Positions 8,310 through 16,840 of a stretch of DNA of 41,673 nt are shown here, one piece after another. The position numbers and the translations under genes are program-made. The notes beneath the pieces are model-generated. The model saw nothing but the letters and a program-made list of their open reading frames with translations. It did not search any database and had not been told where the DNA came from. Within the stretch, counting starts at the first letter, position 1. Each line of letters starts with the position of its first letter. The stretch covers positions 1-41,673 of IMG/VR virus record IMGVR_UViG_3300000976_000007; one strand, given 5' to 3'. Source of the DNA: a virus.

Positions 8310-9056
8310 ATGCCAGAAGAAAATATGACCCCATCAGGTGAAAAAGTTGATGCGGGAATCTCAGAACAAGAGCATAATGATCTCAAATCGGATTTTGCTC
8401 GATTACAAACGCTGAATGAATCATTAGTTGCTGAAAGCAATGGGTTCAAGACGCAATTAGCTACTTTTCAAGAGTCAAACGAAGCAATGAAAGCTGAACT
8501 TGAGTCTCTGAAGACAACGCAAAAGAATACTGGCGTATCGAAAGATATTCAGAAAGCTGTAACAGCGAGAGAGGAAGAGCTTCGGGGCGAACTCGGTGCC
8601 ACAATAGACGAAGCTCATTCTAAAGTCTCTCAGCTCGAACAGCAACTCAAAGAATATCAAATAGTAGACAAGCACATGGGGGAGATACTCCCTAAGCTCG
8701 TCGATAATTCCATGATGCATGAGCTTATCAAAGATCAGATCAGGAAACGTTTTGTCCAAGACAAGAATAACCCCTCTCAGATCTTAGTGCTCGATGATAA
8801 TGGTAAGCCACTAAAATCACCTAGAAATCCAGCTTTTACTATGACTCCAGAGGAGTATTTTCAAAAGCTTGAAGTAGATTTAGCCCCTGCATTTAAACCA
8901 AAGGGTGTAACTCAAGGCTCAATGCCAAGCGGTCAAATTGCTGGCGGTTCTAGTGGTAGCGGTCAAACGCAAATAACTAGAGAACAGTATCTAAAGAATC
9001 GTGACTCATATGACAGGTCAGAAAGAGTCAAATTGGATGCTCATTTTAAACTTTAA
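8310..9056 (+). CDS. scaffolding protein candidate (248 aa)
   Basis: Lies directly upstream of the capsid gene. Long E/K/Q/L-rich coiled-coil-like sequence with no protease motif seen. Confidence 0.55.
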   Translation: MPEENMTPSGEKVDAGISEQEHNDLKSDFARLQTLNESLVAESNGFKTQLATFQESNEAMKAELESLKTTQKNTGVSKDIQKAVTAREEELRGELGATIDEAHSKVSQLEQQLKEYQIVDKHMGEILPKLVDNSMMHELIKDQIRKRFVQDKNNPSQILVLDDNGKPLKSPRNPAFTMTPEEYFQKLEVDLAPAFKPKGVTQGSMPSGQIAGGSSGSGQTQITREQYLKNRDSYDRSERVKLDAHFKL

Positions 9057-9072
9057 CAAATAGAGGGAAATT

Positions 9073-9975
9073 ATGCCTTTTAGCACAGAATACCAGAATA
9101 CGGTTCAGCCAGCACAAGTTGTCGTTGATAATGCGTCTGAGAATCTTGTTCCAAATAGCGTTTGGCTTCAGCACGTTTTGCGTGAAATGATGCCTAGCGG
9201 AACACAAACTAAAGAAATACCAAAGAAAGGTGAATTGGGGAGAATCGTTCTACCTGAAAACACTAAATATACTTATGGTGCTTACTCAGAATACACAGAG
9301 ACTTCAACTCTTCTTAATGCAATTAAGTCAGTTGTTATTTCTCGTATTACTAAAGAGCAAGAGAAGTTTGGTCGTAGACCAGTATTCTCAACTATCGGTA
9401 TGGAGCAAGGAAAGGCTCTTGGTGTTGGAATGGAAGAGGACATCGCAACACTAGTTGCAGGTGCTACTTCATCTTTAACTGCTGCTGGAACTGGAGCAAC
9501 AATCCTAGATCTTATGGCTTGTGCTTTAGACGTTCAGATTTCAACAAACGGTCACGCCAACACTGGTAGAGACTTGGTTGCAGTAATGCACCCAAAAGCT
9601 GCTTTTGAATTAGGAGTTATTGATACACTTAACGGTGGAACGAACAACTTGACTGCAATGGGTGGAAATCCAATGTCGAGCATTCCAAACGTATTTGAAA
9701 AGATGGGTGCTTCTATGCCTACAAACGGCAGAGTTACATCTGTTGGTGGTATTCAAATCTACACTACAAACGTAATTGATGATGATGGAACAAACTTCAG
9801 AAATGCTATTTTTGATCCATCAAGAGCATTCGTTGGTATGTGGGATGATAGCGTTGATGTAATGACTCAAATTGAAATTGAGTATTTCAGAAACAGATTA
9901 GCTAGTTGTCACTTCAGTGACTTTGAGATCCACTTTCCAGAGGCTATTTGCCGACTAGAAAGTCCAGTTCTTTAA
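9073..9975 (+). CDS. major capsid protein (300 aa)
   Basis: Position after the scaffold, GAGGG SD, capsid-typical size, and a strong terminator immediately downstream. Confidence 0.75.
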   Translation: MPFSTEYQNTVQPAQVVVDNASENLVPNSVWLQHVLREMMPSGTQTKEIPKKGELGRIVLPENTKYTYGAYSEYTETSTLLNAIKSVVISRITKEQEKFGRRPVFSTIGMEQGKALGVGMEEDIATLVAGATSSLTAAGTGATILDLMACALDVQISTNGHANTGRDLVAVMHPKAAFELGVIDTLNGGTNNLTAMGGNPMSSIPNVFEKMGASMPTNGRVTSVGGIQIYTTNVIDDDGTNFRNAIFDPSRAFVGMWDDSVDVMTQIEIEYFRNRLASCHFSDFEIHFPEAICRLESPVL

Positions 9976-9988
9976 TAGCTGACTAATT

Positions 9989-10020
9989 AGGGAGGGGCAT
10001 ACGCCTCTCCTAATTTAATA
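9989..10020 (+). terminator. rho-independent terminator after the capsid gene
   Basis: AGGGAGGGGC (9989-9998), loop ATAC, GCCTCTCCT (10003-10011) giving a 9-bp stem with two G-U pairs, then an AATTTAATA tail. Confidence 0.55.
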
Positions 10021-10045
10021 AAATAATATATCGGGGAAACCTAAA

Positions 10046-10606
10046 ATGAGCCTAAACGAAAACGTTGTTGTAATTAGAGAAAAAAGGAAAGAATTGCTTA
10101 AAAAGGTCGATGAGATCAGAGCTTTAAGAAAGCAAAGAAGAATTAATACACCATGTATTTACTTTGCCACTGTTCTTCAGATTCCTAGAACTAAAGAAGT
10201 TCCAAATCCACCTAAAGAAGCAAGCATTCAAACATTTAATGTTAAGGGCGGAAATATACAGCCTAGAGTTGTAACAAACATGCTTAGACGTAGACAGATG
10301 CCAATTGCATATGACTTGCCAACATCAGAGCAAGCTAGGGAATTTGCAAATAAGACAGCAGAGCAATCTCAAGACGGAGATATGCTTAAAGGTGAAATTG
10401 CTTCTTATTTAGCTGGAGAAAACCCATACGATAAGCTGAAGAGAGAATTAGATAGGAGTATAAGAATGACTCTTACTGATTGGGAGAATGAAGATTTAAA
10501 AGAAAAGGTTAGTGAGTTACAGAAGCGAGCTGATAAAGAAGATAAAAAGCCAATCAAGAAAGGAGGCACTAATGCCAAAGACAAAAAAGAACAAAGCGGA
10601 AGCTAA
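10046..10606 (+). CDS. hypothetical charged protein (186 aa)
   Basis: Preceded by GGGGAAACCTAA; in the ORF track. Confidence 0.6.
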   Translation: MSLNENVVVIREKRKELLKKVDEIRALRKQRRINTPCIYFATVLQIPRTKEVPNPPKEASIQTFNVKGGNIQPRVVTNMLRRRQMPIAYDLPTSEQAREFANKTAEQSQDGDMLKGEIASYLAGENPYDKLKRELDRSIRMTLTDWENEDLKEKVSELQKRADKEDKKPIKKGGTNAKDKKEQSGS

Positions 10607-10862
10607 AGAAGAGGCTGAAGCGGTAGCTAAAGTTGAAATAGCAGAAGACACTCCTGAAGCGAAAGAGCCTGAAACGGTTCAAGAACTAAAGCAGGAGATT
10701 GCTGAATCTAATGAAGAGTCTAAGTCAGAGAGTAAAATGACAACTCGTCATCCTGCTCTTGATTTAGTTAAGAAGCCTACTGGTTTTAAGGATTCAGTAG
10801 CTAAGAAGATGAAGAGAGTAAAAGTAAAAACGGAAGTAAAAGTAAATAAGGAGATAAAGTAG
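10572..10862 (+). CDS. Lys/Glu-rich protein (96 aa)
   Basis: AAGGAGG 5-6 nt upstream of the internal ATG at 10572. The track start at 10512 has no SD. Confidence 0.55.
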   Translation: MPKTKKNKAEAKEEAEAVAKVEIAEDTPEAKEPETVQELKQEIAESNEESKSESKMTTRHPALDLVKKPTGFKDSVAKKMKRVKVKTEVKVNKEIK

Positions 10863-11006
10863 ATGCTTTGGTATTGCGCAAACGCAACATTATTTAGTGC
10901 TATATGCACAGCTAATCAAGCTGTAATTGTAACACATCGCACCAAAAAGACGCAGATAAGAACTGCCCTTGATGGATTATTAGAACCAACATTAGATGAG
11001 GACTAG
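10863..11006 (+). CDS. small protein (47 aa, below ORF-track cutoff)
   Basis: AAGGAG 9 nt upstream. Translation MLWYCANATLFSAICTANQAVIVTHRTKKTQIRTALDGLLEPTLDED. Confidence 0.45.
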   Translation: MLWYCANATLFSAICTANQAVIVTHRTKKTQIRTALDGLLEPTLDED

Positions 11007-11009
11007 ACA

Positions 11010-11195
11010 ATGGCAGTAGATTACACTGGTTTCGTTACAGCTTTAGCGGCTACAGCGAAAATTAAATCAAATATTGCAAGAGCTTTTAGTGATCCAGCAC
11101 CTTTAGGTTATGGAGCAACACATAGAGTTCCTAATAAAGTAAACAAAAAAGTAGCTTTATTAGATTACAGAATCAAAGAAACTACTGAGGACTAG
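11010..11195 (+). CDS. hypothetical protein (61 aa)
   Basis: GAGGA 7 nt upstream; in the ORF track. Confidence 0.55.
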   Translation: MAVDYTGFVTALAATAKIKSNIARAFSDPAPLGYGATHRVPNKVNKKVALLDYRIKETTED

Positions 11196-11198
11196 ACC

Positions 11199-11429
11199 TT
11201 GAGTAAGTTTGATACACGAGTCGCTCAAAGAGAGACTACGAACAAGAAAACTGAGGTGCAGAAAGAGGCTTTAGCTAAGCCTCGCTCTCAGTCTGAAAAG
11301 ACCGCAATGGCTAGAAGCCAGAAAGACCATTTAATTGGTAAACTTCGAAAACAGGGAATGTCATCAGATAAAGCGGAGAAGATGGCACGCAACGCTGTTG
11401 AGCGATGGGATAAGACAATCAGGAAATAA
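11199..11429 (+). CDS. hypothetical basic protein (76 aa)
   Basis: TTG start preceded by the same GAGGACTAGAC element as the previous gene. Confidence 0.5.
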   Translation: MSKFDTRVAQRETTNKKTEVQKEALAKPRSQSEKTAMARSQKDHLIGKLRKQGMSSDKAEKMARNAVERWDKTIRK

Positions 11430-11431
11430 TC

Positions 11432-12073
11432 ATGAGTGATAGAATTACGAGAAGAGGAGAGTTGATTTTAAGGCACACAAAGTTAGATGCTTTGACAGCT
11501 CCAGCAGTAGCAAATGGAGCAGCACAAATAGCGGCAGCAACAGGCGCAGGAGCAATGATGCCAGCAGTGCCATTTGCACAAGAGAGAATCATTTATAGAG
11601 GAATCGATGATACTACTGGAGACTTTCTTTTTGTAAGAGAAATCTTTGATGAGAATACTGGAGCAGTGACTTATGAATATTCGAATGTTGCAAACTTCTC
11701 TACGCTAGTAACTCCAGCCTCAACTGTCAGTCCTGTAAATGTTGCAGGAACAACTAAGCTTAATTTACTTGAGGGAGATGAAGAGGTCTTATCAGTAGAT
11801 GACTCAGGAACAGTTGCCCTAACAGTTCCAGCATCAGCAATTGGAGCTTTGGTTCAAGTAGAGATTTTAAGTGGTGATGGATGCGTAAGATTATACGCAG
11901 ATGGACAAACACCAACTGATACGGACGGTATAAAGGCTACTCACTTGGCACAGATATCTTTAGGTATTTCACCAGTAGCTAATGGTGATTCAATGGAGCT
12001 AGGAAACTTCTTAGCTATAGCAGAGACAGGAACAACAGCGACTATTAGAGTCGAGTATTACGAAGAGGCATAA
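11432..12073 (+). CDS. hypothetical structural-module protein (213 aa)
   Basis: ORF track. Ala/Thr/Gly/Val-rich, and the stop overlaps the start of the next gene. Confidence 0.6.
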   Translation: MSDRITRRGELILRHTKLDALTAPAVANGAAQIAAATGAGAMMPAVPFAQERIIYRGIDDTTGDFLFVREIFDENTGAVTYEYSNVANFSTLVTPASTVSPVNVAGTTKLNLLEGDEEVLSVDDSGTVALTVPASAIGALVQVEILSGDGCVRLYADGQTPTDTDGIKATHLAQISLGISPVANGDSMELGNFLAIAETGTTATIRVEYYEEA

Positions 12074-15000
12074 TGAAATTCTTATTTAGACTATTTTTAG
12101 TATTAATATTTGCGACTACAGCTAATGCTCAAGTCGTTTTTAACAATGGCGGTGGTGGTGGAAGCACTAACTTAAACCTCGCTACTCTTACAAACACTAG
12201 ACTAGGTGAGTTCTTTTACGCCGCTTCTGGAAAGACTGAGCAGGGATTATTGCCTGTTGTGTCGGGAACAGTAATAAATGGAGCGATTGATTATCCTCTT
12301 TGGTCTGCGATGTATCCTAACTTTGTAGTTGGGAATGATATTGTTTTTCCAACTAATGTAGATGGAATGTTCTTGAGAAACGTAGGTGGCAATGCAGGTG
12401 CTGAGGGTGCTTTACAAGCAGACGGCACAGCAGTAAATGGCTTATCTGGAACAGTTGCTAGAACAGCAAACAACCACATAGCAACAGAGGTTGACGGTGG
12501 AGGCGGTAATAATGTTCGATTTAATAACACAACTAGAAACGTGGTTTTTAGCTCTACAGATCCAGAGACTAGACCAGTAAACAGAGCTTATCAGCTTTAT
12601 ACAGTAGTAGATGGATATACTCAGATTGGAAACCTAATTGGGGCTCCTGTTAATCCTGATACTAACTGCGAAGTTCTTGAATTTGTTGCAGGTGTTGCAA
12701 TTACATCGACAAACGGCGAAACGATTAATCCAGGTGATTATTACATTAGCTGTCCACAGTCAGGCACTACTTGGATGGGTGGAGCAGGAGCGAACTATGC
12801 AAGTGCAAACTTAGCTTCAAGCGGTGCAAGGACTCACTCTTGGGGGCATAATCAGATTGAAAACTTTACTGATGCTGGTCATGAAAGAAATTACGACAGT
12901 GCTTTTTTCGCAGGTCTTGGAATGGATATTTCTGAGACTGCCTTTAATAGAGACACAGTTATAAATGGTAATCCTGGTATATCTTCAGATGAGAATTTAA
13001 GTGCTAGTGATTACGATAGAAACTTTACAAACGGTGCTGACCAGTCAACACTCGACCATAGCGGTAGCGGTTTTAAAGTCGAGGCTCAAAATGTAAATAC
13101 ATCAACTCAAGGAACATCAGTAATAGACTTAACGACAATTCCAGCTTCGGGAGCTAAACTTGAATGGAGTTCTCAGGTTTTACCTGATGGCACTACTGTT
13201 GGGATTGAGGCTAAGGATGTTGGAAACTCCTCAGAGCTATTTATCAAGACAGGTGATGTAGGCAGAGGAACGGCTACCGTAGGTCAAGTCTTAGGGCTTT
13301 CTGCTGCGACAGGTGAGGTAGAATTTGTTGATGTTGCCTCTAGCTTAGTATTCCAAGAGTTCGCAGGAATAAGCTCCCCAATTCTTGACGGTGTTTCTAA
13401 TACTGTTTGGACTCACACAGATGCTACAGCAGGAACGATATTGCTAGACTCCACCCCTTATGATGTAGGAGCGAGAATATTCGTAACTCAGGGCGATGCG
13501 AACGGAACTCTTGCGGTTATAACACCTCAGTTGTTTCTATCAGACAATGAGCTTAATGCAGTCACAGGCAGTATCACAATTGAGCAGAATGAGTCTTTAT
13601 CTCTTATTAAAGACCCAGCAGGAAACTGGATAGTAACAAGCCAGCCTAGACCTCAGAGTGTAGATGTGGGCGATGTTGTTGCTCAACTAAGAGATTGGAC
13701 TCAAGAGAGTGCTATACCATCATTGGGGTTAGCTCCAATCCCAGTGCCAGGAAGCTACAAGGCAGTAAATAGTGTGTCTTTGGAAGACCTTTCTACTACA
13801 TGGCAGTACTATTCTCTTTTTAGCAATATCCCAACTACGACTAACCAAGTTGTTAGGGTTAAGTGGGTTTTACAACCTGGAAGCACCACAAGTTGGGCTT
13901 TAAGGCTTGGCTCTCCGAATACTGATATTACCTTTGATAAGGATACTGGCTTAGCAGACATTGTAGGAGCAGGTATCACAGTATTGTCACAAGAAGTAAG
14001 TAATGGGGTTGCAGAGACTTATATTGAAATGCCTGCAAGTGCTGGTTTTGCTTTCTGGCAGATATACCCTGCTTTTGGAGTAGTTGGTGCAGGGACGCCA
14101 TCAGCTACCCAAACAGGCACAGTTCAGATTCTCGAGTTAGACCTTAACGCTGACTTCTCAGCAGGAGGAACTGCAAGAGATGGAGTTCTTACGGAAGTAT
14201 TGAGTGGCTCAAGCACTGGGTTTGATGTAGCAGAAATAAAAGATGTTACTTATATTCTAGGTGGTGGAAATCAGACTATTCCAGATGCTATTAATCCTAA
14301 CTTCGCAGGACATCTTTTAGTTAAGTTTATCTATGGGGGAACAACGCCTGTAACAATAACGCTTCCTAGTAATGTTGCTCAACATAATGATGGGGTAAAT
14401 GACTTTACTACTGTGACAGTAGGACAAGGAACTACTTCTTATTTAGTTACAACTAATAACTCTTGGAATTGGGATTTGATTTCTAGTCAGCCAGAGCCAC
14501 AAGCAGGGAAGACTTATAATAGTCCTTTTCCAAATATTGCTTTAACTATCGGAGCTACGAACTTTCCAAGCGGACAAACTGTTCAGGGATTCTTAGAAGA
14601 AGACATTCATAATACGATGGTATTTAAGACTGATGGAACTGAGACATTTCAAGCTCTACTTACAGCAGTAGGTGGAACTGGTGTTGTTACATACTTAGAG
14701 CTAAATGATTTATCTGCTCAAACGATAATTCCGACAGACCCAGTGCCAGCAGGTATTTATTCGATAAACAGAATCGGTGGAGTCAATGCGACTATTAAGC
14801 AGATTTCTTTATATAAGAATATCAATGCTGAGTTGTCTGGAAGTGGTGGAACATTGAAGTTGAACCAGGTTCATCCAGTTAATGTGACAGCTAGTCCTGT
14901 AACGGTAGTAATGCCAGCAGGTGCAGAGATTGGAGATACGGTCACAGTTATTGACTCTAGATTTAATGCTTTGACTAACAACATTACAGTCGACTTAACA

Positions 15001-15114
15001 ACTAATGGGTATGTTCTTTACGGAACTTCTCAAGACCTCATCATTGATACAAATGGAGAGACAGTTGTTCTTACTTACACTAGCCCAGGTGCGGGCTGGA
15101 CAGCAGGGAATTAA
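12073..15114 (+). CDS. large fibre-like protein (1013 aa) with N-terminal Sec-type signal peptide and tail-collar-like domain
   Basis: MKFLFRLFLVLIFATTANA then QVVFNNGGGGG. Tail-collar-like marks are LGEFFYAASG, DYPLWSAMYP, FPTNVDGMFLRNVGG and ETRPVNRAYQLYTVV. Overall Thr/Gly/Asn/Val-rich. Confidence 0.65.
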   Translation: MKFLFRLFLVLIFATTANAQVVFNNGGGGGSTNLNLATLTNTRLGEFFYAASGKTEQGLLPVVSGTVINGAIDYPLWSAMYPNFVVGNDIVFPTNVDGMFLRNVGGNAGAEGALQADGTAVNGLSGTVARTANNHIATEVDGGGGNNVRFNNTTRNVVFSSTDPETRPVNRAYQLYTVVDGYTQIGNLIGAPVNPDTNCEVLEFVAGVAITSTNGETINPGDYYISCPQSGTTWMGGAGANYASANLASSGARTHSWGHNQIENFTDAGHERNYDSAFFAGLGMDISETAFNRDTVINGNPGISSDENLSASDYDRNFTNGADQSTLDHSGSGFKVEAQNVNTSTQGTSVIDLTTIPASGAKLEWSSQVLPDGTTVGIEAKDVGNSSELFIKTGDVGRGTATVGQVLGLSAATGEVEFVDVASSLVFQEFAGISSPILDGVSNTVWTHTDATAGTILLDSTPYDVGARIFVTQGDANGTLAVITPQLFLSDNELNAVTGSITIEQNESLSLIKDPAGNWIVTSQPRPQSVDVGDVVAQLRDWTQESAIPSLGLAPIPVPGSYKAVNSVSLEDLSTTWQYYSLFSNIPTTTNQVVRVKWVLQPGSTTSWALRLGSPNTDITFDKDTGLADIVGAGITVLSQEVSNGVAETYIEMPASAGFAFWQIYPAFGVVGAGTPSATQTGTVQILELDLNADFSAGGTARDGVLTEVLSGSSTGFDVAEIKDVTYILGGGNQTIPDAINPNFAGHLLVKFIYGGTTPVTITLPSNVAQHNDGVNDFTTVTVGQGTTSYLVTTNNSWNWDLISSQPEPQAGKTYNSPFPNIALTIGATNFPSGQTVQGFLEEDIHNTMVFKTDGTETFQALLTAVGGTGVVTYLELNDLSAQTIIPTDPVPAGIYSINRIGGVNATIKQISLYKNINAELSGSGGTLKLNQVHPVNVTASPVTVVMPAGAEIGDTVTVIDSRFNALTNNITVDLTTNGYVLYGTSQDLIIDTNGETVVLTYTSPGAGWTAGN

Positions 15115-15116
15115 CA

Positions 15117-16598
15117 ATGCATAGATTATTTGCTTTACTATTTTGGATACTATCTTGTGCAGCACTTGCTTATTCGCAAGTAACTTCTGCGGAGCTTGAA
15201 AGCGACAAGGGTTTTGGGAATATCGCAATCGATGTTCTTGAAGTATCGAGTCCTACTTTCACATTTCCACAGGGATACACGGGAGATAAAGACGATGTTG
15301 CTATTATAGGTGATGGATTAGCACCTGTAATTGTTAGCGGTCTTGGTGGTTCTGATGTTTCAGTTGAGCCAAACGAGAAAGCTCTCTTTCATAAATCAAA
15401 CGGAACTTGGTATGGAAGAACCTTGTCTGGTGCTGGTGGAGGTAGTGCAAACACTGCTGGAAACGGAATGACTCTTAATGGCTCTGTTATGGAGCTTGGT
15501 GGAGCTTCGCCAGCAGGTGCTCCATTAACTAGAGACACTTTCTTTGACGGTGTTGGTGGTTTGTATAGTTTTAGAGTTCTTAACGTAGATGGGTTCTCTG
15601 CTACAGCTAATGATGCGATGACATTTGAAACAAGTCAAACATACGCCGTTGATGCTGATGGAGATATCAACTTAAATGCAGTTGGTGACGGCAGACTAAT
15701 TGTTCAAAATGGCAAGATAACTATTAGATCAGATACTAACGATGTTAGCCTACAGGGTAATAATGTTACGACAGTTGGTGTTTTAACGGGAGGAACGAGC
15801 GAACTAAGACTAAGAACTAGAAATATTGCTGCTGGATTTACAAACGTAGGTCAATACCTAAGACTTAGTAATGTAAACGGACAGGTTGAATTTGATGATT
15901 TGCCATCTAGTGTCACTCAGAATTTCGCTAGAGACGATCTGTCTCTAACAGCTAACAGAACGCACACTCAAGGCTCTTTTGACTACAAACAGGACATCGG
16001 AACTGGACGCTGGGATATCACTAGAGGTGGGACTAATATATTTACTAGAGGAACTTTTAGCACTCAGGTTCGTAATGACGATAACGGTGCTAGGCTTTCT
16101 TTGCTTGATTCGGGTGATGAGGCACAACTAACTACTGATAGCGGAACTGTAAGAGTTGGAACAACTACACCAGTTGGTAAAGTTGAAATAGCAACACCAA
16201 ATGTTGTAACGGGTGGTGCTTCAGTAGGACAGTTCTTAGCACTAAGTGCAGCTTCAGGAGAGGTTGAGTATGTCGATGCACCAACAGATAACAGCTTAAT
16301 TGGCGATAATGCTTTTTCTAACTACATGGATATCGGAGAAATGCGAATCCAGTGGGGACGTGTTACAGCGACATCTACGATAGAGTCTGTCACCTATCCA
16401 GCTGTTTTTGATGGAGTTGCAGGTTCATTTACTGCAACATCAACTACAAATACCTCTAACTATGTGAACGAGAATACACTTGCTCAAACCTCAGCAGGAA
16501 CTCAAGTTTCTGGTTATGATATTAACGGAAATTCAGCTGTAGTTAATTTTAGCTGGATGGCTATAGGAACTAAGCCACCAACCGCAGTAATACCATAG
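15117..16598 (+). CDS. fibre-like protein (493 aa) with N-terminal signal peptide
   Basis: MHRLFALLFWILSCAALAYS then QVTSAE. Carries two copies of the VGQxLxLSxxxGxVE(F/Y)xD motif also present in 12073-15114. Confidence 0.6.
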   Translation: MHRLFALLFWILSCAALAYSQVTSAELESDKGFGNIAIDVLEVSSPTFTFPQGYTGDKDDVAIIGDGLAPVIVSGLGGSDVSVEPNEKALFHKSNGTWYGRTLSGAGGGSANTAGNGMTLNGSVMELGGASPAGAPLTRDTFFDGVGGLYSFRVLNVDGFSATANDAMTFETSQTYAVDADGDINLNAVGDGRLIVQNGKITIRSDTNDVSLQGNNVTTVGVLTGGTSELRLRTRNIAAGFTNVGQYLRLSNVNGQVEFDDLPSSVTQNFARDDLSLTANRTHTQGSFDYKQDIGTGRWDITRGGTNIFTRGTFSTQVRNDDNGARLSLLDSGDEAQLTTDSGTVRVGTTTPVGKVEIATPNVVTGGASVGQFLALSAASGEVEYVDAPTDNSLIGDNAFSNYMDIGEMRIQWGRVTATSTIESVTYPAVFDGVAGSFTATSTTNTSNYVNENTLAQTSAGTQVSGYDINGNSAVVNFSWMAIGTKPPTAVIP

Positions 16599-16606
16599 GG
16601 AGATAG

Positions 16607-16840
16607 ATGTTAGACTGGATAAAACTAACTGTCATGCTCGCAATACAGATTGTCATTGTGTGTGCTTTTGCTTTTACGATGAGGTCTCAAGTTTCAAGCA
16701 ATAAAGAAGACATTAAAGATCATGAGCTAAGAATTCGTTATATAGAATCTGCGGTTATGGATTTTAAGCACTTAAAGGATGATGTCTCTGATATTAAGAA
16801 AGCAGTTAGTGACTATACCAAACAAGGATGTAGTAAATGA
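16607..16840 (+). CDS. single-pass membrane protein with coiled-coil tail (77 aa)
   Basis: Hydrophobic LTVMLAIQIVIVCAFAFTM followed by a charged helical region. GGGAG SD upstream. Confidence 0.55.
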   Translation: MLDWIKLTVMLAIQIVIVCAFAFTMRSQVSSNKEDIKDHELRIRYIESAVMDFKHLKDDVSDIKKAVSDYTKQGCSK

